The position numbers were made by a program, and so were the translations under genes. From contig CM060731.1 of NCBI GenBank assembly GCA_030704615.1, positions 19,840,001 through 19,904,000 on the forward strand: a stretch of DNA of 64,000 bases. Reading direction: 5' to 3'. Positions 1-14,202 of the stretch are shown one piece after another. The notes below the pieces were generated by a model. That model worked only from the letters and a program-made list of their open reading frames with translations, was not told where the DNA came from and did not search any database. The stretch comes from Takakia lepidozioides. Taxonomy: Eukaryota; Plantae; Bryophyta. Each line of letters starts with the position of its first letter. Position 1 is the stretch's first letter.

Positions 1-97
1 CTTCCATATTTATCTAAAGGGTGGTGCAAAGGGTTCTGGTCCCAACCGCCAACAATTATTACATCGGGCGGCAGCGCGGTCTTCTGATCCTCTGAAG

Positions 98-658
98 ATG
101 GCAGAGGCGGTAAGAAGTTTTGTGGAGGGAACTCCTCTCCATGGTGGAAATCCTGGGCTTGAAGGTGACCTTCTTACTCGGACAACGAGGCGGAAGATTG
201 TTTTGGGCAACTTTGAAGACGAGGAACACCTTCATTCATGGAGGCCTAACATGAACCTCCGCACCACACCCAGGCGCCGTGAAGGTGCCGGAGGACTAAG
301 AGTGCCCACAACTACTATTCAGTTGTCTCTAGAGACGTTGGAGGATGACCTTCCACTACAGAATAGAAAGCCGGTTTTAGAGACCGCCGTGTCCACAACA
401 TGTTGGCACATCGCCCGGACGTTCGACACTTCAAGAGTAAAGTGTTGGGCAGTACGGTCTGACAGTGCAGATGCATGCAAAGAAGAAATCCGACCACTCC
501 ACAGTTTGGGTGTTCCTGCTCCAAGATATGTGGGTCGCCACCATCCTCCGGCTTTAGGCACACTTGCCATTGATAGGATCTTGCTAAACCTAGGGAACCA
601 AAACATCGATCAGTTTTGTATAAATTGGAATAGCTTGTCATTTCCAGTAGAAATGTGA
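98..658 (+). other. Uncharacterised ORF, probably transposon-derived (Cys/His-containing C-terminal part)
   Basis: 186-aa ORF with a TTCWHIAR...KCWA...C...GVPAPRY segment. No splice structure or host-gene motif recognised. Confidence 0.25.
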
Positions 659-1445
659 GAAGACTGGAGTAATATGAATGAGTGAAATGAAGTTTTGTGG
701 TAAGGGAATCCACGAGGGGTGTGGAAAGTATTGAGTGGGAGTGCGTAAGAGAAACTTTGTGTATTGTGCTTGGGTACATGGGAGGAAGGTCTTGTGTGGA
801 TATCATTGAAGAAGTCTAGAGACTTCCAATGCAAATGTTGATGATGTGCGAGGGTCTAAGCTATGGAGGGGGTTGGAATGGATATTCTCCAACAACTAGA
901 TTAATCTTCTGTGTGTTATATTCTCAATGTGATAACCTAATGGTCGAGAAAGAGATAAGACTTTGGCCAAAGCCGGCATAACTAAAAGCCACTTTGCCTT
1001 GCAACTCTAATGGTGCATATATATAGGCCATGTTGGAGTGGTTTGGATGTGAGATTGAGTTCGTAATATATCTCGATTTGGATTACATGTAGCTAATAAA
1101 ATATCCAAATTTGACAATTTTCTTGGTGAGCTGATGAGTTTGTCAAATGTTTGTGGCTATGTAACGTGTGTTGCTTATGGATGTGTAAGATAGTTAGTGT
1201 TGGTTTAGCGATGATATTTCAATATTATGTTGTAGATTATGGGCTACATGACAATCAAAGAGGTTGTCATTATATTCTCAGGTATTGTATTTATGAGGAA
1301 TTCCTTTCCATTGTAGGAGTACATAGTAGTGGTACACGATGCTTCATATTGGTCCATATGCATTTTTCGGATTATGTCTTGTATTTCTTCAAGCACATAT
1401 GCAGATATTGTGCTATTATGTGTTGGGCGCTAATTGGGTGTGGAT

Positions 1446-2400
1446 CAGTGTTGGGCAGTTCTTGCATTTGTGAAGGAACCTTCGGTTCCGGTTCCACAAT
1501 TTTTCAAGAGACGGTTCCGGATCCGGTTCCGGTTTTTTTTTATTGAGCCGGTTCTGGTCCGGTTCCGGATCCAACTTTTAAACATGGGGGCGGTTCCGGT
1601 TACCGGTTAGTTGCTGATAAAAACCATCGGTTCTGGTTAGGTTCCGATTCTATTTTAAAAATATATTTGTTTAATTTAATTAGATTTAATTTTTTTTATC
1701 AGTCCGGTAGATTAAATAGCAATGTATTCACATATTTGAACTAAAATCCAACGATTTTGTTAGTTTTCACTAACACAAAAAAACAAACAAAAATACTCTA
1801 AATAAACTGGTAGAAGAAAATGGGTAAAATTTTATGGGTTGAAAGTACTATTTAGCTACCTGGCAAGTATTGGCATCTGCAAACATTTTATTAATGAACT
1901 TAGCCAGGATATCATGGAGCTGGAGATTGAGCCCAAGATCTCATGGCGCTGAAGCATTGAACATAGAATCTCATGGCCTTCAAGCATTGAACCCAGGATC
2001 TCAGGAGCTTGAGAGCATTAAATAAGTTTTGCCCTGGGCCCACCAGCCCCACCAAGGGGTCAAGAAACCGGAACCTGTTTTCTGCGCCCCGGTTCTTCCG
2101 GTTCTCACACCCAGCAGGAACCGCCGGTTCGGTTCTGCGCCGATCCCCATTGGCAGGTTCCGGTTCCGGGTCAGGTTCTGTAGGAATGGGCCCGGTTCCG
2201 GTTAACCTGAACCTGAACCGGCGGTTAACCTTTGTCCCGGCGGGTAACTGCCCAACACGTGTGGATACTACACTGGGGCCTTGTAGAGGCGAATTTAGAC
2301 TGGAAAATCCCTTTGTCCCGGCGGGTAACCGCCCAACACTGGTAGAGGCGAATTTAGACTGGAAAATCCCTTTGTCCCGGCGGGTAACCGCCCAACACTG
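1446..2400 (+). mobile_element. hAT-type non-autonomous DNA transposon (MITE), copy 1
   Basis: Starts CAGTGTTGGGCAGTT at 1446 and ends AACCGCCCAACACTG at 2400. 8-bp TSD GTGTGGAT at 1438-1445 and 2401-2408. Many GGTTCC/GGAACC subterminal motifs. A highly similar inverted copy lies at 22057-22885. Confidence 0.9.
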
Positions 2401-2451
2401 GTGTGGATACTACACTGGGCCTTGTAGAGGCGAATTTAGACTGGAAAATCC
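2230..2451 (+). repeat. Imperfect tandem triplication of the MITE right end plus flank
   Basis: Three units starting CTTTGTCCCGGCGGGTAAC at about 2230, 2311 and 2370, each ending GTAGAGGCGAATTTAGACTGGAAAATCC. The middle unit lacks the TSD segment. Confidence 0.9.
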
Positions 2452-3386
2452 AATAGCGTTCTGGTTAGAGACAAGTGGACACATGTCATTGGACTGATTA
2501 CAGACAAATGAGTTAGGCCTCCAAATTTAAAAGCGACATGCTTAAGAAGTCCTTGATAAATACTTCAAAGCTTGCCGATATCATTTACAGCTTCTTGTAA
2601 TTGTGTGCCTAATGTCCTAGCATAGGCCTCAACTGGGAGTTGTAGTTCCAAGACCATTTAGGTTTTGAGGTAGTTCTACAAGAATCCTTAATAAAACTTG
2701 GTTGTCCGTCATTTCCCATTTTTGGATCAAGATGATCTATACACATACACATATCTTGGCATTCAAATGTAAAATGGGACACTCAAATACGATATACTCG
2801 AAAGAAAATACTCTCACAAGCTACCACCCTATTGAACTCGCCAGCCACTATACGACAAAAATTACATATTATATGCATATTACTCCGACCATCCACGTAA
2901 TACGCTTTTCATGCAGCTCCATTCTCTATTCCAGACATAGATGCATTGGATAGAGACATTATCTAAGCAAGTATGTGGACTCCTAAATAGTATGTCCAAT
3001 GCACTTGATATAGTTGTTGTGTCCTGCTTGGTATGGTGAGATCGCTATAACAAACACATTTGTGCATGCTTCGTTCCATTGCCGCGGGCCATTTCTTGAA
3101 TCTTTTCAATTTTTTAATTTGCCGACTGAGTTATTAGAGATGAGAACGAGGTCATTTGCATAGGCCAAGTTTTTGATACATTTAGGGGAAGATGTGAAAA
3201 TTACTGTTTCCTTGTGTATTTGAAACGATCTGAATAACATATTTTTTGATTATCTACCAACCTGTATCTGTAGCTTTAAAAGATAAGATTTGCTGCCCAA
3301 GAAGTAAGGTTAGTGGGTTTCTGTCATTAAAGAAACAGAAAGATGTGGGCACAATAGAAATATTGCTCTACCTCCCGGCATCTTTA

Positions 3387-3521
3387 CATCCTTACGTATA
3401 GGGTAAATCCCCCAACCGAAGCGCGTACCCCAGTAACCTAGGGCATACCAGTCCGAGGGCGTAGCCTGAGGCAGTACGATCCCAACACCAGGGTGGGGCC
3501 GAAGGGTGAGGGACTTACCTT
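3387..3521. repeat. Imperfect palindromic element related to 41528-41642
   Basis: AGGGTAAATCCC...GGGACTTACCTT arms with central CCGAGGGCGTAGCCTGAGG. Confidence 0.5.
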
Positions 3522-6500
3522 GCCTAAAGACATAGGGTTTCTTTTTGCAGTTGATGGCTGAGATGTTTTAAGGACCGCAAGTGGCGATGGCTGAGGTCCC
3601 TAGAACTAAAATAACAGAATAAGATTAGTAAGAAAAGATGATGGCACTGCATAAGACCTTGATTCATCGCCCTAGGGATCTTACGTGTAAAATTTCCCCG
3701 CTTGTCGACCTGACATTCCATCAGCTAAGCTCCTTGAAAATACAGAGGGAAGAAACCCGTAGGTTCTTAGTTCTTACGCTACTCTGAATGCTGCCTCTCC
3801 TGTACACATACTCTCTCCAAGCTCTTACAGAACAACAAGGGCCAGCACTTCTTTTAAAAGCTGTGCAGAGAGCGATACCTGAGCTACATACTTGCTGACA
3901 CGCTACAATTCGAACAATTTGGTGTTGTTTGGTGCACGATGCAGGTGGTGTGCATCACAAGTATTATTTGTAATGATTGTGGGGTAGCTCAAGGGATCGA
4001 TGGCCGTGTCAGAAACCACAACGCGTCTCTTAATTGTTTCCAAAAGGAAGGGTAGTGTTATAACTCCGCAAGCCTGCTCTCGTCAGTAGCTATCATTATC
4101 ACCCTCATGAAAATTGCTATGTACAACCTTTGCAAAGCTGAGAAAAAATGAATCCATCGTGTTGTTTCCTCACGACTTCCTGTTGATACGTACAGTAGAT
4201 TCAAAAGTCGTGAGGGTAACGGCCTGGGCCAAAGCCCAAGTGGGGTCGCGTGGACTTCTCCTTCCCCCTTTTTTGAAGAGGGGACAGTGGCCCTCGAAAA
4301 TTCTATTAATTCCCCGTTCAGGTTACAGACAGGACATTGTCAAGATGTGCTGTTATTCTTTTGTTTTCGGGAACGATATAAAAGTTGAAGAACTTTATAG
4401 GAAAACGGAGGCACGCACACCCAAGAGCTTGGCAGAAAGCGGTGAGGCTACACAGTACGGTTGGTGCAACTGCCAACACTGTCAGACTGGGCTGCCTAAG
4501 AATGGGCTGGTCAAGAAGGTGGGTCCACCGGATCACAGAATAGCAAAGATACACCTTCAGATAGGAATTCCCTTCGAACATAGAAAAGTTACTCTGCATA
4601 TAATGTTATGCTTTCAAATGCCTAAAGAGAGCTCCGCCTGTCTAGAAACCGAGGAGGATTATCCCCTCCCGGATAGAAGAATTTACAGCTAATTGAGTCA
4701 ATTGAGTCACAATGTCAGCTAAAAATTACTGTAAAATGTAGTGAACCAGGATACATCATCCTTGGTGGCTCAAATCCAAAAGTCCGACTAAACATACTGA
4801 ATGGACTACTGAGGTCTACAGTAGCCAACAACCAAAAACAGGTATCAGTTGGAGCGCCATGCCTAACCATCTTACAGTCCACGGTGCCGCTTGGTTGTGA
4901 AACGACCACTATCACCTCTACTAATGTGTTTATCCATGTGATCCACGGTGTCCGCTCTGACAAGTTACGGAGTATGAAGACCTTGAGCAAAAGGCATCCA
5001 CTACTGGATAACCAAACTCCCACGAGCGAGCTAAGATGGGAGAGTGGTAATTCCGCAAGCTATGTAAGTAAGAGATAAGGGGAAAGTGAGATAAAGGGAA
5101 AGTTTGCGAAAAGTCTACGTCTGTGATTACGAGAATCGGTCGACTGCAATGCGCCAGAGCACAAGTGAGTCCCGCCAAAGTGCTAATAAATGTGTTACAT
5201 CCCGACTTTGCTGCCAGATCAAAAGCCCATCATGCTAACTTTCACGTTAAGGTAAACAATCTGTATTGCTATTATTACCTAGGCTACCTTCCCGTTTCCC
5301 GTCAACCACTTTATCTTTGAATTGAGAAGACACAAATACCTTTGACTCAGCTGTATTAATTACAATTAGAGGGGAATATTTCATTAAAACCCAGGCCTAA
5401 ACCATGAGGCATACAATACACACTAGAGGCAAGGTGCCCACATCACCAGCTCATGGGACCACTTCTCCTCCACTTCTCAACACGCAGCCTATAAGAAGAC
5501 AAAGGTTCCTCTCAAGACAGCTAGCAAGGGACCTTGTCCACACACAAGAAATTATAAGCTACAACGGTCCAACCCAAAGACCCGCCTGTTTAAATTATCA
5601 AAGTAAAGAAGATAAGTCACATGTACACTAAAAGTTCATTGGAACATGCGAGGTCGGTTGGTGCTACTACCACCTAGCGCAGGCGCACAAAAGCACTCTC
5701 TCCTCACAATCACAACAGTCTGCCCCACCTCTCATTGACCGCTACACTCTTTCGGCATCAGATTCCCAAAATTTGCACCAAAAACCCCATTGCCCAGAGC
5801 TCGACATTAACATGTTGGGATTGAAAGCCTCATCATCGTCAGTCCCTCTCACTCTGCTCTCATTTCCAACAACCGAGCGGGCCCAAGCTGACGCCTCAAT
5901 CATCCTTGCATGGACTGCATGGACCCCGCCATCGCATCAACTTCAGCCATCCTCGCGCTGCCCTCCTCATCACATTCTCACCTCACCTCTACCCCGCTAC
6001 TTTCCATCACGTGCCAGGTGGCACGCACAAATTACCCGGCCACCGTACTCTCCGGGACGCACCGCCGGCGATGTAGCCATCACTGTTAGCCATGCCACGT
6101 GCACGGCTGCGATCACTCACTGCCAGCTAGTAACTCACTAGCTGTCAGACGAAAGCATCCATCATCATGCCAGAGGGAATGTAAAAGGTCAAGATGGATG
6201 ACAAATGCTTTCTTCCCAAATTAAAGAGTAGGTGGACTCGAGATGCGGTCGCGTGTTCGAACCCCGGGGAGCAAGCGACAGAAGGGAAGCGTTACCGAGA
6301 TATGTGTCAGAGAACTTAAAGTCCAAACAGTTGATCTTTTCTATTATTTGCGCTGCCACGTGCAGTTGGTCAATGGGCATCCGGCCATCCATCATTTGCA
6401 AGTTATATAAAAAATGAAAAATGAAAATGAAATGGTTGGGTAGATAATGGGCTTGCACGCTTGAGTCTTTATCTCTCTCATCCGTCGTCGTCTCGCGGGG

Positions 6501-6864
6501 AGTGCAGGCGAGCGCGTGTGTTGGTCGCAGACAGAGCGAGTGCTCAGAGCTGCGCAGCGACAAGGAACTGCTCCTCCCACACGCGCACTCGCAGGCGGCA
6601 GAGCGACGAGCGTACGTGGCCTGCAGTGTCGCAGTGGTGAGGCAGAAATTAATATGCACAAAAGTGGTCCTAATCACTTCCCTGATCGACTGCAGTAGCT
6701 ACTCAGGGAGGGGAAGCTGCAGCAAATTCTCAGGCCCCTAATAAGGGCAGAAGAAAGTCCCACAGGCTCACCAGAGACAGTACCGGTGACAGAAAGAACG
6801 TGAAGAGAGTCTAAAGAAGGGAGAGGGAGAGAGAGTGAGGAGAGGTTTGAAGAGAACAGCAGAC

Positions 6865-9800
6865 ATGGGGGAGCTGAAAAGGGTCGTGTTGGCAGTGCTA
6901 CTTCTGGCAGTAATGGTTGTTCATTGTATGGGATCAACGATCACTCCAAGGCGGAGCCTTCATTTTCATACGGTAGCCAAGTATTTTAGGCATATGAATC
7001 TGCCTCGACGAGTTGAGGGTGTGAATTTTCTCAGCACGCAGAGTGGAAATGATCAGGTGAGCTTCCATTTGTTGTGTAGATTCCGAGGCTTTTAGTTACA
7101 CTGGCTTCGGCCGGTGTCATCTCTCTCTCTCTAGATTCCGAGGTTATGCAAGTGTGGTCTGAGTGAACTGACACCCAGGTTCGTCGAGAAGGCTTGGCAG
7201 CACTTAGATAGCTAATTTTTCACTTCGCTGTAAACAACGATGATGCAGGAGTGACGGCTCCTGAAGAGACACTCGCAAATTACGTTTGGATCAGTTTTAG
7301 ATGTACATGACTTGAACTCTCGAATACAGTTTGGTTTGTTCCTTGGTACATGTAGTACAAGCTTCACAGTTTTCCCTGTACATAGCTACTCTGTACTCAG
7401 CTGGTCCCTGTGTCGGAGAATGTTTCCCAGCTCAACTTGCCCTGGGTTCATCGTCTCGTTGCTGGCACGCCTAACTTTCCTCACGGCGTCATCAGTTCAA
7501 TCACCTGCCTACTCCCTCCTCCCTCAATAGACACGAAGGTGGCGCGGAAGAAATTCGCGTGGTGATGGCGCCCTTTTGCATAGGCTTCATTCGTCAAGAG
7601 AAGGGGACTAGAAGTAATTGTTACGTCTGGCTGAACGCAAACGCTTACCTAGTCCTTGGTATGATCCTCAGAAACGGCCGCCTGCATCGCATGTCAAACA
7701 AAGGGTGGCAGACTTGTTTACTACCAATTGTCCGTTGTTCTCATGTCCGGAGAAGCAACGGCACCATGACCCTTCTTAAATTGCTCGAGACATCTGCCAA
7801 GTGTCTCGTTTAGAAATTGTATCAAACCCAAAGCTTGCAGAGAGAAAGAGGGAGCTCTGTACCAGTTGACCAATTCATGCTAGTCCTGCATGCCATATGC
7901 AGGCAGTTACAGAAATCTAAACCCCATGGGAAATCTCTGGAAATTAACGCATCTCCCTTTCCTCTTTGGCAGACAGGTCTATTGTCCGGTCAAGCCTTTG
8001 CACTGTAGCTGGCCTAGATTTGTGGCATGGAATCCAGGGGTATCATGGGGCTGTACATGGGAATAGTACCAGTCGGGTGTGTGCGATGAGTGTCCTCTGT
8101 AGAGATAGAACTAACTTCATACATACTCACTAATTTACTAATACTTGTAAGGCATAGGCTGGCGGTGTTTTCGTTTGGGAAAAAATTTATATAGTCGGAA
8201 GATAGTGTGCAAAAGACTGCGACCGTCACCCGTCCGGAACCTTCAGAAGGGTCACTGATGGAAGGGAAGTTTATGGGGGGAGACCGTTCATGTGAATTCT
8301 GCGAGCAAGTTGTTGACTTTGTGATTTTCACAGGTGATTAGAGCGGAGTTGATACATAGAGATCATCCAGATTCGCCTTTCAGCTCTTCCACCTCTTCGA
8401 ACAAATCTGAGAGGTTTCTTCAATCTGTGAAGAGGAGTTATGCGCGCCAGTCGCTTATTGCAAACCAAATGAGCAGTAAAACGGTGGGCGACTCGTACCT
8501 CGAAAGCCCCGTGTCGGCGGGCAGTGGAGAGTACCTGATGTCTATTGCACTAGGGACGCCTGCTCAACAGTTTTCCGCAATTGTGGATACTGGAAGCGAT
8601 TTGGTGTGGGTTCAGTGCGATCCTTGCACAGCCTGCTATGCACAGTCTGGCTCCGTGTTTGATCCCTCCAAGTCTTCTTCATATAGTGGAGTTGCTTGCG
8701 GTAGCAACTTGTGCCAGGTACCTGAGTAACCTCTTTTGTTTCCCCTTTTCAGAGCTCTCTACTGTCTTTGCTGTTTAACTTTTTAGAGTAGATGAAATTC
8801 TCATGCCGCAACAGTATTTAGACTACTGATTTCATGAGATAGCCCAGAGTCTCGAGGATCAGTCAATCACGCAATGTGGTCGGTCTCCTGCCTTCCCATT
8901 GTTTGCTCTATCTGTTGCATGTGATTCGCGTGTGGGGTCTGCCCGGACCCTACAGTCATTTCGGACTTCCAGACTTCTAGAAGATGGCATGTAATTGTAC
9001 AAATGTTATACACGCACCCCACAGCAAAAATCTCTAGGTTGGTGATACTGTATACTAGTGTACATACTCTTTTCGAAGTTGCAGCTGCATGCACTTGATA
9101 ATTGTATCAATCGTTTGTCTGCAGGATCTTCCTGTTCAGTCCTGCGGTACCGACTGTCAGTACCAGTACACGTATGGAGACCAGTCGTCTACCACTGGTG
9201 ACTTCGCTTTTGAGACGGTCTCACTAGGTGGTAGTGGCATCCCCAAGGTTGCTTTTGGTTGTGGGCATAGCAATAAGGGCACATTCTCAGGTGCAGGCGG
9301 GCTCGTAGGACTTGGCCAGGGTCCCATCTCTCTTCCCTCTCAGATCAGCTCAACTGTTCCTCCTAAATTCTCCTATTGCTTGGTTAACTTGGATGCTTCA
9401 GCCAGTCAAACGAGCCCCCTGCTCTTCGGAAATTCGGCAGTTTCTGGAGGCGTGTCATATACTCCCATCGTCAGTAATGGCGCTCACCCGACATACTACT
9501 ATGTAGACTTGACGGGCATTAGTGTTGGCGGTGTGGCGGTGACGGGCATTCCAGGAGGCACTTTCTCCATTGATTCCTCAGGCAATGGTGGTACTATCTT
9601 TGACTGTGGAACGACCATCACAATGTTGACCCAGACCGCCTACAACCAAGTCTTGAATGTAAGTTGTGGCCCCCAGGTTGTTGAATGCCTGCCTGTCGAA
9701 ACTTGGATTGTGAGATGTTTTGGTTTCAATAGTGGAGCTGAAGACTTCACAAGATTGTCAAACATCTGACAGCTAAGGTGACGGCTTCAAAATGTCTAGT

Positions 9801-10305
9801 CCAAAACAGGCAGGTGCATGAATATATGATCCATAGATTGGAAGTCCTTGAGCACCTACTAACTAATGCTACAACTTCCACTCTGCAATCCAACCCGAGT
9901 GGTCACGGATAGGATCTCAGTCAGTCATTCAATCGCACATTGTCTAGCAGCTTACTGTAAGTACTGATATGATGTTGTCATTCCCGTGTGTGTGGCCAGG
10001 CCTTTGGAAGCAGCATCACCTACCCTACCGTTGATGGCTCTGCCTATGGACTGGACCTGTGCTACAGCGTAGCCAGCGTTGCAAACCCGACAGTTCCTAC
10101 TGCTGTGTTCCACTTCCAGGGTGCTGACTTCCAACTATCTGCAGCGAACCTGTTCGTTTTTGTGGACCAGGCCAACACAGTTATCTGTCTAGCTATGGCA
10201 GCCAGCCAGGGTTTCAGCATCATCGGCAACATCCAGCAGATGGATCATGAGATCGTGTATGACCGAGTAGCTAATCGGATTGGATTCTCATCTACGACCT
10301 GTTGA
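6865..10305 (+). CDS. Secreted A1-family aspartic protease, nepenthesin/CDR1-like (about 471 aa, 4 exons)
   Basis: Exons 6865-7056, 8334-8717, 9125-9658 and 10000-10305, all with GT-AG phase-0 introns. Signal peptide VVLAVLLLAVMVVHC, ELIHRD, GEY-M---LGTP, catalytic DTGSD, Cys-rich insert, second motif DCGTT, and C-terminal IIGNIQQ...YD. Confidence 0.93.
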
Positions 10306-12385
10306 TGGTCTTAACTGCCTGGGGAGCTTCTTATAAATCTAATCAGATCGGAAGTGCCCTTGTTAGCTGGCAGCAGCCAGCCCCAGACAGCTGGCCACTC
10401 TACCACACCCGAGCCACACCCACACATCAAATTCTTTCTTAGAGTCACGGTGCTGTCCAGCGATTGGAAGTGGTGCATAGGTGTGCAGCTATAGTTAGTG
10501 TGTGAATACCACTGCATAGCATTCGTGACAGATTTTCGCAGGTAAATTGCATTACTGTAAAGTAGACTCTAGTGCAATATGATCTCTTGCATGCAGACGG
10601 TGGAAACAGATTCTCACAATTTTTCTGTGCCTGTAGAAAGCTGACCAGTCAATGTCACGGATGGCACTAGAAGGTCCAAATTTTTAGATTACATCATAAA
10701 AGTTGTCAATTATTTTGACCCATACCACAGCATTGGAAGCTGATGGAAAGCACCGAGTAAAAGCTCAAACCTCAATAAGGTGTTCCTTGGCTTGGTACAT
10801 CTTGCTAGCACTTGTTAATCACATCTTGCAAGGCTACATCAGTGCCATGCAGCCATGTGAGATGCAGTTAAAATGAATACATAAAGTTGAAGAGTGACTA
10901 GTTCATTCTGCACCATATTTGCAGTCAATGATTTGTATTTCAGTCTCTCATTTCCAACTCAAAGTTAAAGAGTGCCTATACCGGTAAAGTCTCTCGCTTT
11001 TTCTCGTGCGACACGGATCCCCCAGCTGCTGGTTTCGCAAGTGCAGGCCAAGTTCCTCAATGTCCATACTCTCCCTCCTTTTGACCATCAAATGATGTCA
11101 CATTGAATCTGAGAAGATCTCAATAGGTTGCACATTGATGGGACATAGAGACCCAATATCTCGGATGATTCCTGAAGATCTATTAGAATGATGATAACCT
11201 TCCAGTATCATCATCATCGCCTCTTACCGTGTACCGAAGTTCTCCACTTATTGAGACAAAAAGGAGACGGAACTAGTTAACACTCCCAGAGAAGATCGCT
11301 TTATGCCTATACTGCAATACAGGAGAACTTAGAAGTGGAGACGGAACACAATTTTTTCTACACGTGCCCTGCCTATACCATTTGAGATCCACATTGGTGG
11401 CTCTTTAGAGACTGTCCCACCTTGCCTGGGCCCTTCAGCTATGAGATCCGAAATACATTGCATCTTATCTACAGGAGGCAGACTCCACCTTCAGAAAGCT
11501 TCCTCGTTACCAGAGTTTTAGGGTTCTTTCAACACCGATTCTTTCTGCTTTCTGTCTCTTGGGCTCCCGCGGACGTCATAAAGCTCTCTCTTTCCTCTTT
11601 TTATTAAGTAGGCTCATAATACAGATCAGGGACAGTACGTTTTCTTGTAAGGAAAAGACCAGAGAGATCTTTAGAGCATCTGATGCACGACCAACTGACC
11701 ATAATTCCATGACAACCTGAGATGGTAGGTCTGGACAGCTGGGAATCCAACATAGGTAACAAAAGAAAAGTTCAGGGCTCGGGCTCCAAGGTGCAGTGGA
11801 CTTTGTATTGTCAGAAAAGTGCACGTATCCCACTTGCTTAAGAGTTTGGAGCCACAGTGGAGAAGACACTCGTTCACGACTGCACGTGGGGCTGGTACTA
11901 CTTAGGCAACCATCGTCATCTCTCAACCCTTCCGAAGTGGGATACTTACTGAGACCTCTCAGATTCCTGCTGTGTGCACCTTGTGGATAATCACTCTGCG
12001 GAATCTGTCATTTCTCAAGTTCCCATGTTTTTCATGTTCTCGCGAATGTGTCGGTTCCCGGGAGGTTCCCATATTGACCTGTGCCAGTCGTTTGAAAATC
12101 TGCTGTTGCCGTTAATAGAGTGGATACATATACATACAACGAGGAAAGTAGCCATATACTCGTAACTCACCTGCTTCAGATCTCTTCATGGAAATTTGGG
12201 ACTTCAGTGACCCACATTTGACAGTGTTGTGATTTTCTTCCCCAGTTGCCGAGCCCTCGTTTTGGGCCTTCCAAAGCCACGCAGTGTGGATACCGCTTCT
12301 CCTTGGTTCTTGTAGCCTTTTTCCACACAAATCAGTACTCTAGAGGGGAACATAGGCAGCTTGATTGGTCGGAGGGTACGGCGAG

Positions 12386-14018
12386 ATGAAGGATGATGAG
12401 CAGAAAGGCTTGATATGGAGGCTTCCCAAATTGGAGTCAAGGGACTTGGGCAAGCTGGGCCCGGGTTTTGGCTATGGTATTGGCTGCGGCATGGGCTTAG
12501 GGGCAGGCGTTCTTGGAGGTGGGCCTCTCGCTCCCCCCATCTCGTCTTAGCACAGATATTTCAGCATATGCGCATCCATCTTTCCTGTGCCATTGCCACA
12601 TGGGGTTGATGTGAATCCTGGTGATGGAGGACTCGCTCGAAAGCCCTGGTAATGATCAAGGGTCAAGACCAGATTTGTAATCAGAAGGCAGGAATGAACC
12701 TCGATTAACTGCCTTCAGGGCTGAATTGAGTTAGATCTTATTGTAGCTATTCCTTGGAAGCTTGCTGCAAATATCTTCACAAATTCTCTGATTCGGTTTA
12801 TTCTAGTTGACGCTTAAAAATGAGTCGACATTACGTAACCCTGGGTAATGAATCACCGCATTACAGACCTCCATTCAATATCCATTGCTTTGGCTTCTGC
12901 AGATTCCATGGAGCCGGCCTGAGAAACCATTTTAGGTTTTCTGCTGGGATTCGTTGAGTTGTTTTCATCCAGTAAGAAATGCTCGAGGGTGGTCACGGAA
13001 CCTGGACTCAAGGCCAGTCAAATAGCCGATGCAGGGAGCCCATTTAGACAGTCACTAGAGGAAACAATTTTAAAGAAAATTTGTGTAGATGATCTGTCAA
13101 ACGAATTAGAGCCCTTCAATTTTAGACCAAGCTGGAGCTCCTATGTATGTTACCTATGAGTTTGACAGCTACGTCATGAGATCTCATAAACCCTTCTTCC
13201 AAGAAGATACGAAACTTTGGCTTGCTGCGCAGCACAAAATTGTCACCCTCTTACCCCATTCTCAACCATTCCTTTCATAAAGAACAAAACAAGTAACATG
13301 AGAATACCTGTAACTTTTCTGTAGTTGAGAATCTGTCTTGCAGGTGTTGGACTTGGCTTTGGATTTCCAGGCCTGCAGGTTGGGTTTGGATTGGGGGCTG
13401 GCTGCGGGGTAGGATTGGGCTTTGGCTATGGTGTGGGCAAAGGCAGAGCGTATGATGAGTACACAAGACACAGCAACTTGGGCAGGCTACCTAAACGCAG
13501 TAATGGGGTGGCAGGTTCGAGTGGGTGCGTGTTATTTCTCCCTCTCTGTGGACGATATAAAGTCTCTCTCTCTCTCTCAACTGGTTGGTCTTGGCTGTGC
13601 ACTACGGCACTTTTCTCTTGACTCTCATAAAACCTTGTGGCCAGAAAGTTCACAAATGACTGTTATATACTACAGGGACAATTCCTTATGGGTTAGGTGA
13701 GTGAATGTTCGCATGGAATTCCTTCTTCTTTTCTCTCTCATTGGTGCTTTTTCCTCATTACAATGTTACTGGCAGTGCGCAAACCATTGGCACACATCCG
13801 TGTTGTTTAGATTGCTACATCAGCCGTAGTGCATCGTATATCATATGGCATATTTGGGCTAGTTCCATAACCTGCTGGGTGAAAACCCATGAGTGAACCG
13901 GAAGGGTTATGATTTACCTAGGTGTTATACCCTCCAAAGTACATCGCAGCCCACTTTTGCAGGAAACCATCAATATGTGCATGCACTTCTCTCTCTCTCT
14001 CCCTTCCTCCCTCCCTCC

Positions 14019-14049
<31 letters not shown>

Positions 14050-14202
14050 CAGCATGTACTAAAGGATGTGCTCCTTGCTTGCTTCTCAATGCAAGTATAA
14101 TCCAGGGCTGAGATTGGAGCCATGCTGGATGACTTCATCTCCGGTGTGAAAAGAGCATTGGAGGGTCTTCAAGATGTTGGTGAAGGCAAGCGAAAGAGGT
14201 AG
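12386..14202 (+). CDS. Small conserved glycine-rich plant protein (resembles Arabidopsis AT4G10330 family, from recall), 3 exons
   Basis: Exons 12386-12518, 13344-13524 and 14106-14202 join in frame through GT-AG introns: MKDDEQKGLIWRLPKL...GPGFGYGIGCG...GFPGLQVGFGLGAGCGVGLGFGYGVGKG...AEIGAMLDDFISGVKRALE...KRKR*. Confidence 0.85.
13986..14042. repeat. (CT)n / pyrimidine microsatellite in intron
   Basis: Direct reading. Confidence 0.9.

Noticed and set aside
4114-5320. Cluster of ORFs up to 192 aa
   Set aside because: No recognisable domain or splice structure; cannot be supported without a search.
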